Below, piece after piece: positions 46,840-55,418 of a stretch of DNA of 64,000 nucleotides (the stretch's first letter is position 1; every line of letters begins with the position of its first letter). A model generated the notes under the pieces. That model did not search any database, was not told the origin of the DNA, and was given only the letters and a program-made list of their open reading frames with translations. A program made the position numbers and the translations under genes. Source of the stretch: Mycobacteriales bacterium (GTDB lineage Bacteria > Actinomycetota > Actinomycetes > Mycobacteriales > SCTD01); assembly GCA_035526225.1 (NCBI GenBank), contig DATLCV010000013.1:48022-112021 (forward strand), read 5' to 3'.

Positions 46840-48039
46840 GTGACCGCCGTGCTGCCCTCCGGTGCCGCTGACCTCGACGTGCTGCTCGCCAGCCGGCTCC
46901 GCCGCACCCTGCACGGCAGCACCCTGGAGCACCGTGTGGCGACGGTCGTGTTTGACGCAGGGCACAGCCAGTGGACGGTCGACCTCGACCAGGGCCGCAG
47001 CCGCGTACGCCGGGGAGCCTCGGCCTCGCCGACACTGGTGGTCCGTGGCACCCCCGACGTCCTTGTCGAAGTCGTGAGCGGCGCCCGATCCGGCGTACAG
47101 GCGTTCTTGGACGGCGCCGTGACCATCCGTGGCGACCTGGGCCTGTCGCTCGAGCTCGACGGCATGCTGTCGGACGCCAACACCCCGGTGACCTTCCCCC
47201 GGGCCGGACGCGTGAGGGCGATGGGTGTCTCCACGTCCTACCTGGAGGCAGGGCCGCGCGACGCCCCACCTGTCGTGCTGCTGCACGGGCTGGGCGCGAC
47301 GAACGCCTCGTTGCTGCCCTGCCTGGCCGACCTCGCTCACGACCACCGCGTGCTGGCGCCAGACCTGCCCGGGTTCGGCGGCAGCGCTGCCCCGCGGGCG
47401 GCCTACTCCCCGGCCTGGTTCGCGGCCTGGCTGGAGGAGCTGCAGCGCGCCCTTGACGCCCGGCCCGCGGTGATCCTCGGCAACTCCCTCGGTGGGCGCA
47501 TCGCCCTGGAGGCGGGCCTGGCTCACCCGCGTTCCACCCGAGCCCTGGTGCTGCTCGCTCCGTCGCCGGCCTTCCGCCGGATGCGGGCAGTGGTCCCGCT
47601 CGTCAGGCTGCTTCGCCCGGAGCTGGGGCGGGTGCCGCTGCCGGTCAGCCACCGGGTCGTGGTCGAGGTGGTGCGCGCGTTCTTCAGCGACCCCGACCGG
47701 CTCCCCCGCGCGTGGTACGACGCCGCGGCAGACGAGTGCGTGCGTGTGCTGCGCTCGCCGGCTCACCGCGAGGCGCTGCTGGCCTGCGCACAGCAGATCG
47801 TCGTCGAGGAGGCGCACGGCCGGAACGGCTTCTGGGACCGCCTGCCCGGGCTCACCCCGCCGGCCCTGTTCGTCTGGGGCGACCGCGACCGGTTGGTCCC
47901 CGCCGGGTTCGCCCGGCACGTCACGGCCGCGCTGCCGGAGAGCCGCTCCGTCGTGATGGAGGACTGCGGTCACGTGCCCCAGTTCGAGCACCCGGCCGCC
48001 ACGATGGCGCTGGTGCGTGACTTCCTGGCCAGCGCCTAG
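46840..48039 (+). CDS. SCP2-like domain fused to alpha/beta hydrolase
   Basis: The N-terminal ~110 aa ends in ...FLDGAVTIRGDLGLSLELDGML (SCP2 sterol-carrier-like). Then HGLGAT oxyanion motif, nucleophile elbow GNSLGG, and C-terminal His (CGHVPQFE). Confidence 0.8.
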   Translation: MTAVLPSGAADLDVLLASRLRRTLHGSTLEHRVATVVFDAGHSQWTVDLDQGRSRVRRGASASPTLVVRGTPDVLVEVVSGARSGVQAFLDGAVTIRGDLGLSLELDGMLSDANTPVTFPRAGRVRAMGVSTSYLEAGPRDAPPVVLLHGLGATNASLLPCLADLAHDHRVLAPDLPGFGGSAAPRAAYSPAWFAAWLEELQRALDARPAVILGNSLGGRIALEAGLAHPRSTRALVLLAPSPAFRRMRAVVPLVRLLRPELGRVPLPVSHRVVVEVVRAFFSDPDRLPRAWYDAAADECVRVLRSPAHREALLACAQQIVVEEAHGRNGFWDRLPGLTPPALFVWGDRDRLVPAGFARHVTAALPESRSVVMEDCGHVPQFEHPAATMALVRDFLASA

Positions 48040-50843
48040 GGCTTGTCCGCCGAGCGCTGGATCTCCTCGAGCTGCTCCGCCGCCCGACGCGCGCTGATCA
48101 CGGCCAGCGCCACCACGGGGGCGAAGGCCAGCACGGCCAGCCGGTCGGCCTCGCCGAAGGCGTCGAAGTCGGTGGAGTCGACCTGCAGCACCCCGATCGG
48201 GCGCCCCTCGGCGATGAGCGGCACGCCGTACCAGCTGCGCACGCCGGTCGAGCTGTTGTTGCTGCGCCGGCTCGCGGTGACCGTGCTCGCGATGGTGATG
48301 TCGGGCAGGTACCTCGGCTCGCCGGTGACGGCGATCGTGCCGGAGACCCCCTGCCCGAGGGGGATCCGGGCCGCGAGCGCCTCCGGGGAGGGCGCCGGCA
48401 TCGCGGCGGCGATGCGCACCTGACCGTCCTCCACGAGCAGGATCGAGCCGCCCGTGAAGGTGACGATCCGGCGCAGCGCCACGAACGCGTGGTCCAGGAC
48501 CGCGTGCAGGTCCAGTCGTCCGGTGACCTCCTTGGCCCCCTCCACCAGCAGCCGGTAGCGCAGCTCTTCGTCGTACGACGGCTCCCGAGCCACCGGCTCG
48601 TCGTTGCCGGCGCGGGGCCGGGGCACGAGGGCGCGTTGGGCGGGGCCGTGCAGGGTGAAGCTCACCTGGTCCGGGGGGACAGGGCGAGCCATGAAGAAGC
48701 CCTGGACGGCGTCGGCGCCGAGGTCGCGCAGCATCGCGACCTGCGACTCCAGCTCGACGCCCTCGGCGACGACCCGCAGGTCGAAGGTGTGCGCCATACC
48801 GATCACGCCGCCCACGATCGCGGCACTGCCGGCGTCGGACCCGAGGCCGGCCACGAAGGACTGGTCGACCTTGACCACGTCGACGGGGAACCGCGCGAGA
48901 TAGGTCAGTGAGGCGTGCCCCGTGCCGAAGTCGTCGATGGCCAGGCGGACCCCGACGTCCCGCAGCGACTCCAGGGCCTCGATGACGGTGAGGACGTCGC
49001 CGACCAGCGCGGTCTCGGTGATCTCCAGGCAGAGCCGGGCCGGGGCGAAGCCCTCGTCGGCAAGCAGGTGCGCGACCCGGGCCGCGAAGCCCGGTGAGGT
49101 GAGCTGGCGCACGCTCATGTTCACGGCCACCGTCGGCGGGGTCCGCCCTGCCGGGTACTCCCACGAGGCGGCATCCCGCAGCGCCCGGCGCAGCACCCAG
49201 TCGCCGAGCTCGAGAATGAGGTCGGACTGCTCCGCGACCGCGATGAAGTCGGGCGGCTGCACGGTGCCACGCTCCGCGTGGTGCCAGCGCACCAGGGCCT
49301 CGCAGCCGGTGACGCGACCCAGCGCCAGGTCGACGACAGGCTGGTACACGACCGAGAGCTGGTCGTTGCGGACGGCACTGCGCAGGTCGACCTCGAGCTC
49401 GTGGACGAGGACGACGGCCTCACGCAGCTCAGGGGTGAACATCCGGGCCCGTCCACCGCCGGTGCCCTTTGCGGCGTACATCGCGGTGTCCGCGTCGCGC
49501 AGGACCATCTCGGCGCGGTCCCCCGGTCCGCCGAGGGCGATACCGACACTGGCTCCCACGACGACGTCGCTGCCGTTGATGGTCGTGACCGGTTGGTTCA
49601 GGACGGCGAGCACTCGCGAGGCCACCGCCGACGCGATCTCTGCGTCCGCGCCGCGGCACAGCACGACGAACTCGTCACCGCCCTGACGGGCGACGATGTC
49701 CTCAGGGCGCATCACCTCGCGCAGCCGGTGCGCGACCTGCACGAGCAGCTGGTCGCCGGCGGCGTGGCCGAGTCCGTCGTTGACCACCTTGAAGCGGTCG
49801 AGGTCGAGGAAGAGCACAGCGACCTGCTCGCCTCGGGCGAGAGCCGCCTCCAGCTGCGAGATCAGCAGCGTCCGGTTCGGCAGGTCGGTCAGCGCGTCGT
49901 GCGCCGCGGCGTGCGAGAGCATCGCCTCGGAGCGCTTGCGCTCGGTGATGTTCTCCACCTGCACCACGATGCGCGCCGCCACCCCGCTTCGCCCCTCCAG
50001 CAGCGAGGCGGACACGTGCCCCCAGCGCAGGCCGCCGTCGGGTCGGCGGAGCCGGACCTCCAGCCGGGCGCTCGGGCTCGCGAGGCTCAAGCCGTGCAGC
50101 GCTCGGCGAAGCGAGGCGCGCTCGAGCGGGTCGACGGCGTCGTCCAGCGCACGACCGTGCAGGTGCCCCGGGCTCTCACCGATCAGCACGCCGAGCGCGC
50201 GGTTGGCCTGCACGATGGTGAGGTCGAGGTCCGTCAGGGCCATCCCGATCGAGGCGTGGTCGAAGGCGGTGGTGAACTGCTGCTCCGCCTGCCGGAGCCG
50301 CGCGCCGCTGCGCATCATGACGCTGCGGATGACGACCGCCGGTGCGGTGAAGATGAGGCACAGGGCCACGACCTGGTCGACGCCCACGGTCGCCCCGGTC
50401 GCGTCCACCTGCGGCCACGCGATCGCGGTGAGGGCGACGGGCACGGCGGTGGCGAGCACACCGCGCAGGCCGTACCGGAGGGGCCCCGCCAGCAGCACGA
50501 ACACGCCGTACGTCGAACCCGCACCGGGCCGGTCTGCGAAGGCGAGGGAGTACGCCGCGAAGGCCGTGATGTCGACGGCCGTCGACCAGCGGCCGAAGGC
50601 GAGTGCCCGGGCCGGGTCGGTGACGCGCGAGACGGCCACGGCCGCGAGCAGGGAGAGCACACCCAGCGCCAGGTTGACGACCACCGGCGCGGCCTGGCTT
50701 CCCGTCTCGCTGGCGATGACGAGCAGCGACAGGCCGCCGGCGACCAGGACGCAGGCCCGCAGCAGGGCGAGGACCGCCTCGTAGCGCGCCTCGGGCAGGC
50801 CCTCCGTGAGGCGTGCGAGCAGGCGGCGCCCGGTGCGGTGCAT
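48036..50843 (-). CDS. membrane-anchored PAS-GGDEF-EAL-GAF signalling protein (c-di-GMP turnover)
   Basis: N-terminal multi-TM region, a PAS-like segment, RQGGDEFVV, EALVRW / DDFGTG / EGVE EAL motifs, and a C-terminal GAF-like domain. Confidence 0.9.
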   Translation of the reverse strand: MHRTGRRLLARLTEGLPEARYEAVLALLRACVLVAGGLSLLVIASETGSQAAPVVVNLALGVLSLLAAVAVSRVTDPARALAFGRWSTAVDITAFAAYSLAFADRPGAGSTYGVFVLLAGPLRYGLRGVLATAVPVALTAIAWPQVDATGATVGVDQVVALCLIFTAPAVVIRSVMMRSGARLRQAEQQFTTAFDHASIGMALTDLDLTIVQANRALGVLIGESPGHLHGRALDDAVDPLERASLRRALHGLSLASPSARLEVRLRRPDGGLRWGHVSASLLEGRSGVAARIVVQVENITERKRSEAMLSHAAAHDALTDLPNRTLLISQLEAALARGEQVAVLFLDLDRFKVVNDGLGHAAGDQLLVQVAHRLREVMRPEDIVARQGGDEFVVLCRGADAEIASAVASRVLAVLNQPVTTINGSDVVVGASVGIALGGPGDRAEMVLRDADTAMYAAKGTGGGRARMFTPELREAVVLVHELEVDLRSAVRNDQLSVVYQPVVDLALGRVTGCEALVRWHHAERGTVQPPDFIAVAEQSDLILELGDWVLRRALRDAASWEYPAGRTPPTVAVNMSVRQLTSPGFAARVAHLLADEGFAPARLCLEITETALVGDVLTVIEALESLRDVGVRLAIDDFGTGHASLTYLARFPVDVVKVDQSFVAGLGSDAGSAAIVGGVIGMAHTFDLRVVAEGVELESQVAMLRDLGADAVQGFFMARPVPPDQVSFTLHGPAQRALVPRPRAGNDEPVAREPSYDEELRYRLLVEGAKEVTGRLDLHAVLDHAFVALRRIVTFTGGSILLVEDGQVRIAAAMPAPSPEALAARIPLGQGVSGTIAVTGEPRYLPDITIASTVTASRRSNNSSTGVRSWYGVPLIAEGRPIGVLQVDSTDFDAFGEADRLAVLAFAPVVALAVISARRAAEQLEEIQRSADKP

Positions 50844-50931
50844 GTCGCCGACGCTATGTCCGACTTGCCGGGCCGGGCATGCTCAGGATCGACCATCCTC
50901 AGCTGGGCACAAAGGGCTACCCGGACGTGCG

Positions 50932-50961
50932 AGAGGGCGCCCCTCTGACGGGGCGCCCTCT
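50932..50961 (-). terminator. stem-loop terminator downstream of the DUF4193 gene
   Basis: Perfect 12-bp inverted repeat AGAGGGCGCCCC / GGGGCGCCCTCT with a 6-nt loop, 9 nt past the stop at 50970. Confidence 0.55.
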
Positions 50962-50969
50962 GCGTGAGG

Positions 50970-51272
50970 TCAGGCCGCGCACTCCCGGCAGATCAGGCGG
51001 CCGCCCTTCTCGGAGGCCAGCTGGCTGCGGTGGTGCACGAGGAAGCAGCTTGAGCAGGTGAACTCGTCGCTCTGCTTCGGGAGCACCTTGACGGTGAGCT
51101 CCTCGCCGGACAGGTCGGCACCCGGGAGCTCGAGTCCCTCGGCGAGCTCGGTCTCGTCGACGTCGACGCTGCCGGACTGCGCCTCGGCGCGTCGGGCCTT
51201 CAGCTCCTCGAGGCTGTCCTCACCCATGTCGTCCGCTTCGGAACGGCGAGGGGTGTCGTAGTCGGTGGCCAT
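50970..51272 (-). CDS. DUF4193-like protein
   Basis: 100 aa. Acidic N-terminus, and C-terminal FTCSSCFLVHHRSQL...RLICRECA zinc-ribbon-like motif. RBS AAGGAGA before ATG 51272. Confidence 0.75.
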   Translation of the reverse strand: MATDYDTPRRSEADDMGEDSLEELKARRAEAQSGSVDVDETELAEGLELPGADLSGEELTVKVLPKQSDEFTCSSCFLVHHRSQLASEKGGRLICRECAA

Positions 51273-51387
51273 GTTCTGGGGTCTCCTTCGTTGTCCGCCG
51301 CGGGGGTCAACGCGCGACGGCGTCGTTCTGTGCCCGCACACCCGTCCGCGCTACGAGGCCGGGAGGCCCGCAGAGGGTAGCCGAGGT

Positions 51388-51975
51388 TCAGCGCCGCTCC
51401 GCCTGCAGGGCGTAGGCGCCCCACAGCAGGTCGGTCAGCTGGCGGCTCAGCGCGGTGCGTGAGCACCACTGCGAAGCCAACCAGCGCTCCCCTGCGGCCT
51501 GCACCATGCCCACGATCGCGGCTGCCCACACGGGCGGGCGCACGTCATCCTCCGGCAGCCGCAGCTCGTGAGCGATGCCCGCCGCCAGCAGGTCCTCCAG
51601 ACGTCGCACGAAGCCGCGCACCGGCTCGCGGGCCGCCACCGCCTCGTCGGACTCGACGAGGAACCGGTAGACCTCGGGCTCCTGCTCGATCATCGCCAGG
51701 TAGGCGTCGATGGTGCGGTGCACCCGCTCGCGCGGGCTGCCGCCTGCTGTCAGAGCCGCCACCAGCGCGTCGAGGAGCCGGTCGGTGTGCCGCTCGGCCA
51801 GCGCCGCGAACAGCCCGCCCTTGTCGCCGAAGTGCCGGTACAGGATCGGCTTGGTGATGCCTGCCTCGGCCGCGATCGCGGCCATGGACGCCGACGCGCC
51901 GTCGCGCTGCACGACGGCGTCCGCCGCCGCCAGGAGGGCCTCCCGGCGGGCGTCGCGGTCCTGCAGGACGGTCAT
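51388..51975 (-). CDS. TetR family transcriptional regulator
   Basis: HTH ASMAAIAAEAGITKPILYRHF. Lies 2 nt downstream of the ACAD gene in the same orientation. Confidence 0.85.
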   Translation of the reverse strand: MTVLQDRDARREALLAAADAVVQRDGASASMAAIAAEAGITKPILYRHFGDKGGLFAALAERHTDRLLDALVAALTAGGSPRERVHRTIDAYLAMIEQEPEVYRFLVESDEAVAAREPVRGFVRRLEDLLAAGIAHELRLPEDDVRPPVWAAAIVGMVQAAGERWLASQWCSRTALSRQLTDLLWGAYALQAERR

Positions 51976-51977
51976 GC

Positions 51978-53237
51978 TCAGGGGATCTGCATACCGGAGA
52001 TGGCGCGGCTGATGATGAGGCGCTGGATCTCGCTGGTGCCCTCGAAGATCGTGTAGATCTTCGCGTCGCGGTGCCAGCGCTCCACCGGGAACTCCCGGGT
52101 GTAGCCGTTGCCCCCGAGGACCTGGATGGCCTTCTCGGTCACGTCCACCGCGGTCTCGCCGGCGTACAGCTTGCTCATCGAGCCCTCACCCGCCTCGAAG
52201 GGCACGCCGTTGCGTCCCATCCAGGCGGCCCGCCACACGAGCAGCCGAGCGGCGTCGATCTTGGTCTTCATGTCGGCGAGCATGAACGCGATGCCCTGGT
52301 TCTGGATGATGGGGCGGCCGAACTGCTCGCGCGTCTTGGAGTAGTCGAGCGCGTACTCGTAGGCGGCGCGGGCGATGCCCACGGCCTGCGCGCCGACCGA
52401 CGGGCGGGACGCCTCGAAGGTGGCCATCGCCGCCTGGCCGCCCTTCTCCCGGGTCGTCTGCAGGGTCTCACCGCGCTCCAGGGCCGCCATCCGCTCGCGG
52501 GCCTTCGCCAGCCGGGCGTCGAGGCGCTCCTTGCCGCCCAGCAGGGCGCTGCCGGGGATCCGGCAGTCCTCCAGGATCACCTCGGAGGTGTGCGACGCGC
52601 GGATGCCGTGCTTCTGGAACTTCTGCCCTTGCGCCAGGCCCTTGCCCTTGAACTCCGGCCCGACCACGAAGGACGCCTGCCCGCGCGCCTTGAGCGCGGG
52701 TTCGACGGAGGCGACGACGACGTGCACGTCGGCGATGCCGCCGTTGGTGATCCAGGTCTTGACGCCGTTGAGGACCCACTCGTCGGTCTTCTCGTCGTAC
52801 ACGGCCCTGGTCTTCAGGCTGCTGACGTCGGAACCGGCGTTCGGCTCGGACACGGCGAGCGCGCAGAGCTTCACGTCGTCCGGGGTGCCGAAGCACTGCG
52901 GGGCCCACTCCCCGAGCTGCTCGGGCGTGCCGTTCGCGAGGATCCCGGCGACGCCCAGCGTGCTGCCGACGATCGACAGCCCGATGCCGGCGTCGCCCCA
53001 GAACAGCTCCTCCATGGCCACCGGCAGGCTGATGCCGGTCTCGTCACCCCAGACCGAGGCGAAGAAGTCGAGGGAGTAGATGCCCGCCTTCGCGGCCTCC
53101 TGGATGATCGGCCAGGGGGTCTCTTCGCGCTCGTCCCACTCATGAGCGGCCGGGCGGATGACGTTCTCGGAGAACTCGTGCAGCCACTTCTGCAGGGTCC
53201 GCTGGTCCTCGGTGAGCTCGAGGGTGAAGCCGGCCAT
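51978..53237 (-). CDS. acyl-CoA dehydrogenase
   Basis: LAVSEPNAGSD, KTWITNG, and canonical C-terminal IFEGTSEIQRLII with the catalytic Glu. Confidence 0.95.
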   Translation of the reverse strand: MAGFTLELTEDQRTLQKWLHEFSENVIRPAAHEWDEREETPWPIIQEAAKAGIYSLDFFASVWGDETGISLPVAMEELFWGDAGIGLSIVGSTLGVAGILANGTPEQLGEWAPQCFGTPDDVKLCALAVSEPNAGSDVSSLKTRAVYDEKTDEWVLNGVKTWITNGGIADVHVVVASVEPALKARGQASFVVGPEFKGKGLAQGQKFQKHGIRASHTSEVILEDCRIPGSALLGGKERLDARLAKARERMAALERGETLQTTREKGGQAAMATFEASRPSVGAQAVGIARAAYEYALDYSKTREQFGRPIIQNQGIAFMLADMKTKIDAARLLVWRAAWMGRNGVPFEAGEGSMSKLYAGETAVDVTEKAIQVLGGNGYTREFPVERWHRDAKIYTIFEGTSEIQRLIISRAISGMQIP

Positions 53238-53258
53238 GGGGGTCTCCTGTGGGTCGTG

Positions 53259-53277
53259 GTGTTACCGCCGGTAACAC
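53259..53277. promoter_or_regulatory. 19-bp perfect palindrome, candidate TetR operator upstream of the ACAD-TetR operon
   Basis: GTGTTACCG-C-CGGTAACAC, about 22 nt upstream of the ACAD start (53237) and just upstream of its GGAGAC RBS. Confidence 0.5.
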
Positions 53278-53370
53278 TCGCCTTGTGCAGCATGCCTGTC
53301 AAGCCCGGTACGGCGGGTGCGACCACCGTCACACGACTGTCACCCTGCCCCGCTCTCTACCCTGGGGACG

Positions 53371-54126
53371 GTGAGATCTCCCGTCGCGCTGCTGCTGCTG
53401 GCCGGCGCCCTCCTGGCCACCTCCTGCTCCCCCTCCGGTGATCATCAGGGGAACAGGGGGCGCGACACCGGCGTGTCCGCCGCGCCGTCCCCTGATGATC
53501 ACGTGACGCCTGTGGTGACCGCGTCGCCCACGACGTCGCCCACGACGTCACCCACGTCATCACCCACGTCGTCGGCCACGACCCGACCCTCCGGCCGCAC
53601 CTCGACCCACAGATACGCGTTCCCCATCAGGGGGTGCCGGGCGAGCTACGGGCACAGCCACCACGACTACCCGGCCTCGGACGTGTTCGCGGACCGCGGG
53701 TGCCGGGTGGTCTCCCCCGTCACCGGCGTCGTGGACGAGGTGTCGACCGTGGACCGCTGGGACCCCTCGACCAACCGCGGTGCAGACCGCGGCGGGCTGT
53801 CGTTCTCCGTGGTCGGCGAGGACGGGGTCCGCTACTACGGCTCCCACCTGAGCACCGTCCGCGTCCGACCCGGTCAGCACGTGGTCGCCGGTCAGCAGGT
53901 CGGCACGGTGGGGAGCACCGGGTCGGCCCGCGGCACCGCGAGCCACCTGCACTTCGGGATCTCGTGGCCGACGCGCCACGGTGTGTGGTGGGTGCGCCGG
54001 GGCGAGGTCCAGCCCTGGCGCTACCTTGACAGCTGGCGGGTCGGCGGCGCGCGCTCCCCCGTCGCCGCCGTGGCGGCGCGGCACCGGGAGCTCGGCGACG
54101 AGCCGCCGTGCCGGGTGGCCTGCTAG
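53371..54126 (+). CDS. M23 family metallopeptidase lipoprotein
   Basis: Lipobox LLATSC after GTG 53371, a Ser/Pro/Thr linker, and M23 motifs HHDYPASD and GSTGSARGTASHLHFGI. Confidence 0.85.
   Translation: MRSPVALLLLAGALLATSCSPSGDHQGNRGRDTGVSAAPSPDDHVTPVVTASPTTSPTTSPTSSPTSSATTRPSGRTSTHRYAFPIRGCRASYGHSHHDYPASDVFADRGCRVVSPVTGVVDEVSTVDRWDPSTNRGADRGGLSFSVVGEDGVRYYGSHLSTVRVRPGQHVVAGQQVGTVGSTGSARGTASHLHFGISWPTRHGVWWVRRGEVQPWRYLDSWRVGGARSPVAAVAARHRELGDEPPCRVAC
53524..53583 (+). repeat. in-frame degenerate 12-nt tandem repeat encoding the (SPTT/SPTS)n linker of the M23 lipoprotein
   Basis: tcgcccacgacg occurs twice, followed by degenerate copies. It translates to SPTTSPTTSPTSSPTSSATT. Confidence 0.7.
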
Positions 54127-54530
54127 GCGACGTTGCGCAGGACGGCCCAGCCCAGACCGAGGGGCAGCAGGGCAGGGAGCACCCAGCGCGGCGTGTGCAC
54201 GCGGAACGCGTGGCCACGCAGCCCGGCGACGAGCCAGCCCAGGAGCAGCCACAGCAGCACCGGCGAGAGCAGCAGCAGCAGCGCGTTGTCGTGCCACGCG
54301 CGCGCGACGTCGCCGTGCATCAGGTCGTACGCGAGCCGGGTCGTGCCGCACGCCGGGCACTGCCAGCCGGTGAGGGCCCGGAACGGGCACCCCGGCAGCA
54401 GGTGCCCGGGCTCGTGCGGATCGGTGTTCCACAGGTAGACCGAACCGAGCAGCCCGGCCGCGAGGAACGCCGTGGGCGCCACGGCCGGGTGGCGAAGCCC
54501 CCTAGGGGCGGAGGTAGAGACCGCGCCCAT
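54123..54530 (-). CDS. DUF2752-like membrane protein
   Basis: GCPFRALTGWQCPACGTTR motif followed by TM segments. Overlaps the upstream TM2 gene by 29 nt if ATG 54530 is used. Confidence 0.7.
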   Translation of the reverse strand: MGAVSTSAPRGLRHPAVAPTAFLAAGLLGSVYLWNTDPHEPGHLLPGCPFRALTGWQCPACGTTRLAYDLMHGDVARAWHDNALLLLLSPVLLWLLLGWLVAGLRGHAFRVHTPRWVLPALLPLGLGWAVLRNVA

Positions 54531-54912
54531 CGGTCCAGTCGTTCTTCACGAGGATCAGGACCCCGTCCACGAGACCCCAGGCGGAGCCGACGACCCCGCA
54601 GGACAGGACGGTGGAGACGATCATCCAGACAGCCATCTTGGTCTGGCCGGTGTAGAAGCGACCGACCCCGAACCCCCCGAGGAAGATCTGCAGCAGGCCG
54701 GCGACGAGCTTCGACTTGTCCGACAGGGGTCGGCCGTAGGCGTCCCGGCCGTACGGCGCGGCGGCATCGGGTGGGTAGGCAGACGGGCCGCCGAAGGCAC
54801 CGGGGGGCGGTCCGCCGTATGCCGGGGCCGGTGCCCCGTAGGCCGGGGGCGGGGACAACGGAGGCCCAGCAGGCGGCGGCTGGTCCGGGTCGTAGGCGCT
54901 CTGGTCGGTCAT
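54502..54912 (-). CDS. TM2 domain protein with Pro/Gly/Tyr-rich N-terminus
   Basis: The C-terminal KLVAGLLQIFLGGFGVGRFYTG...GLVDG pattern is typical of TM2 domains. The N-terminal ~65 aa is low complexity (PPAYGAPAPAYGGPPPG). Confidence 0.75.
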   Translation of the reverse strand: MTDQSAYDPDQPPPAGPPLSPPPAYGAPAPAYGGPPPGAFGGPSAYPPDAAAPYGRDAYGRPLSDKSKLVAGLLQIFLGGFGVGRFYTGQTKMAVWMIVSTVLSCGVVGSAWGLVDGVLILVKNDWTDGRGLYLRP

Positions 54913-54995
54913 CCGTGGCTCCCGGCTCGAGGTGGTGCTCGGATCCTCGCAGGTCGCGCGGGTGCCCGGGGGCGTGAAACGCTGCGCGCCAGGAG

Positions 54996-55418
54996 GTGTC
55001 CATGGACCTGCTCTACACCGCAGAAGCGACCGCCCGCGGAGGACGCGAGGGGGAGGTCGTCAGCGACGACGGCGCTCTCGACCTGATGCTGGCCCACCCG
55101 AAGGAGGTCGGCGGGCCAGGGGGTGACACCACCAACCCCGAGCAGCTGCTCGCGGCCGCGTGGTCCTCGTGCTTCCACAACGCCCTCAAGCGGGTGGCGC
55201 AGCACCAGAAGCTCGACGTCTCGGCGTCATCGGTCACCGCCAAGGTCAGCCTGATGATGGCGGACAAGCAGTTCGCCCTCGAGGCCACGCTGATCGGCCA
55301 CCTGCCGGGCCTGGACAAGGAGGCCGCCGACGGCCTCATGTCCCGCACCCACGAGGTGTGCCCGATCTCCAAGTCGATCGGCAGCAACATCCCGGTCGGC
55401 CTCGAGGTCGTCCTCTAG
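54996..55418 (+). CDS. ohr: organic hydroperoxide resistance protein (Ohr/OsmC family)
   Basis: [18 protein letters not shown] and THEVCPISK carry the two catalytic cysteines. Confidence 0.9.
   Translation: MSMDLLYTAEATARGGREGEVVSDDGALDLMLAHPKEVGGPGGDTTNPEQLLAAAWSSCFHNALKRVAQHQKLDVSASSVTAKVSLMMADKQFALEATLIGHLPGLDKEAADGLMSRTHEVCPISKSIGSNIPVGLEVVL

Noticed and set aside
48036-48039. Shared CTAG where convergent genes overlap their stop codons, seen again at 55415-55418 (ohr/glgC).
   Set aside because: TAG read on both strands is the simplest way for two convergent genes to abut. Two occurrences do not indicate a designed element.
46825-49164. 779 aa minus-strand ORF spanning the hydrolase and the GGDEF-EAL 3-prime region.
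   Set aside because: It is out of frame with or antisense to two well-supported genes. Its composition is Arg/Pro/Gly-dominated with no recognisable domain.
53524-53583. Short tandem repeats, and the G/C run at about 63598-63621, considered as CRISPR-like or regulatory repeats.
   Set aside because: Both are in frame inside well-supported genes and encode linkers (SPTT repeats in the M23 lipoprotein, Gly8 in the S8 protease). There is no repeat-spacer structure anywhere in the window.
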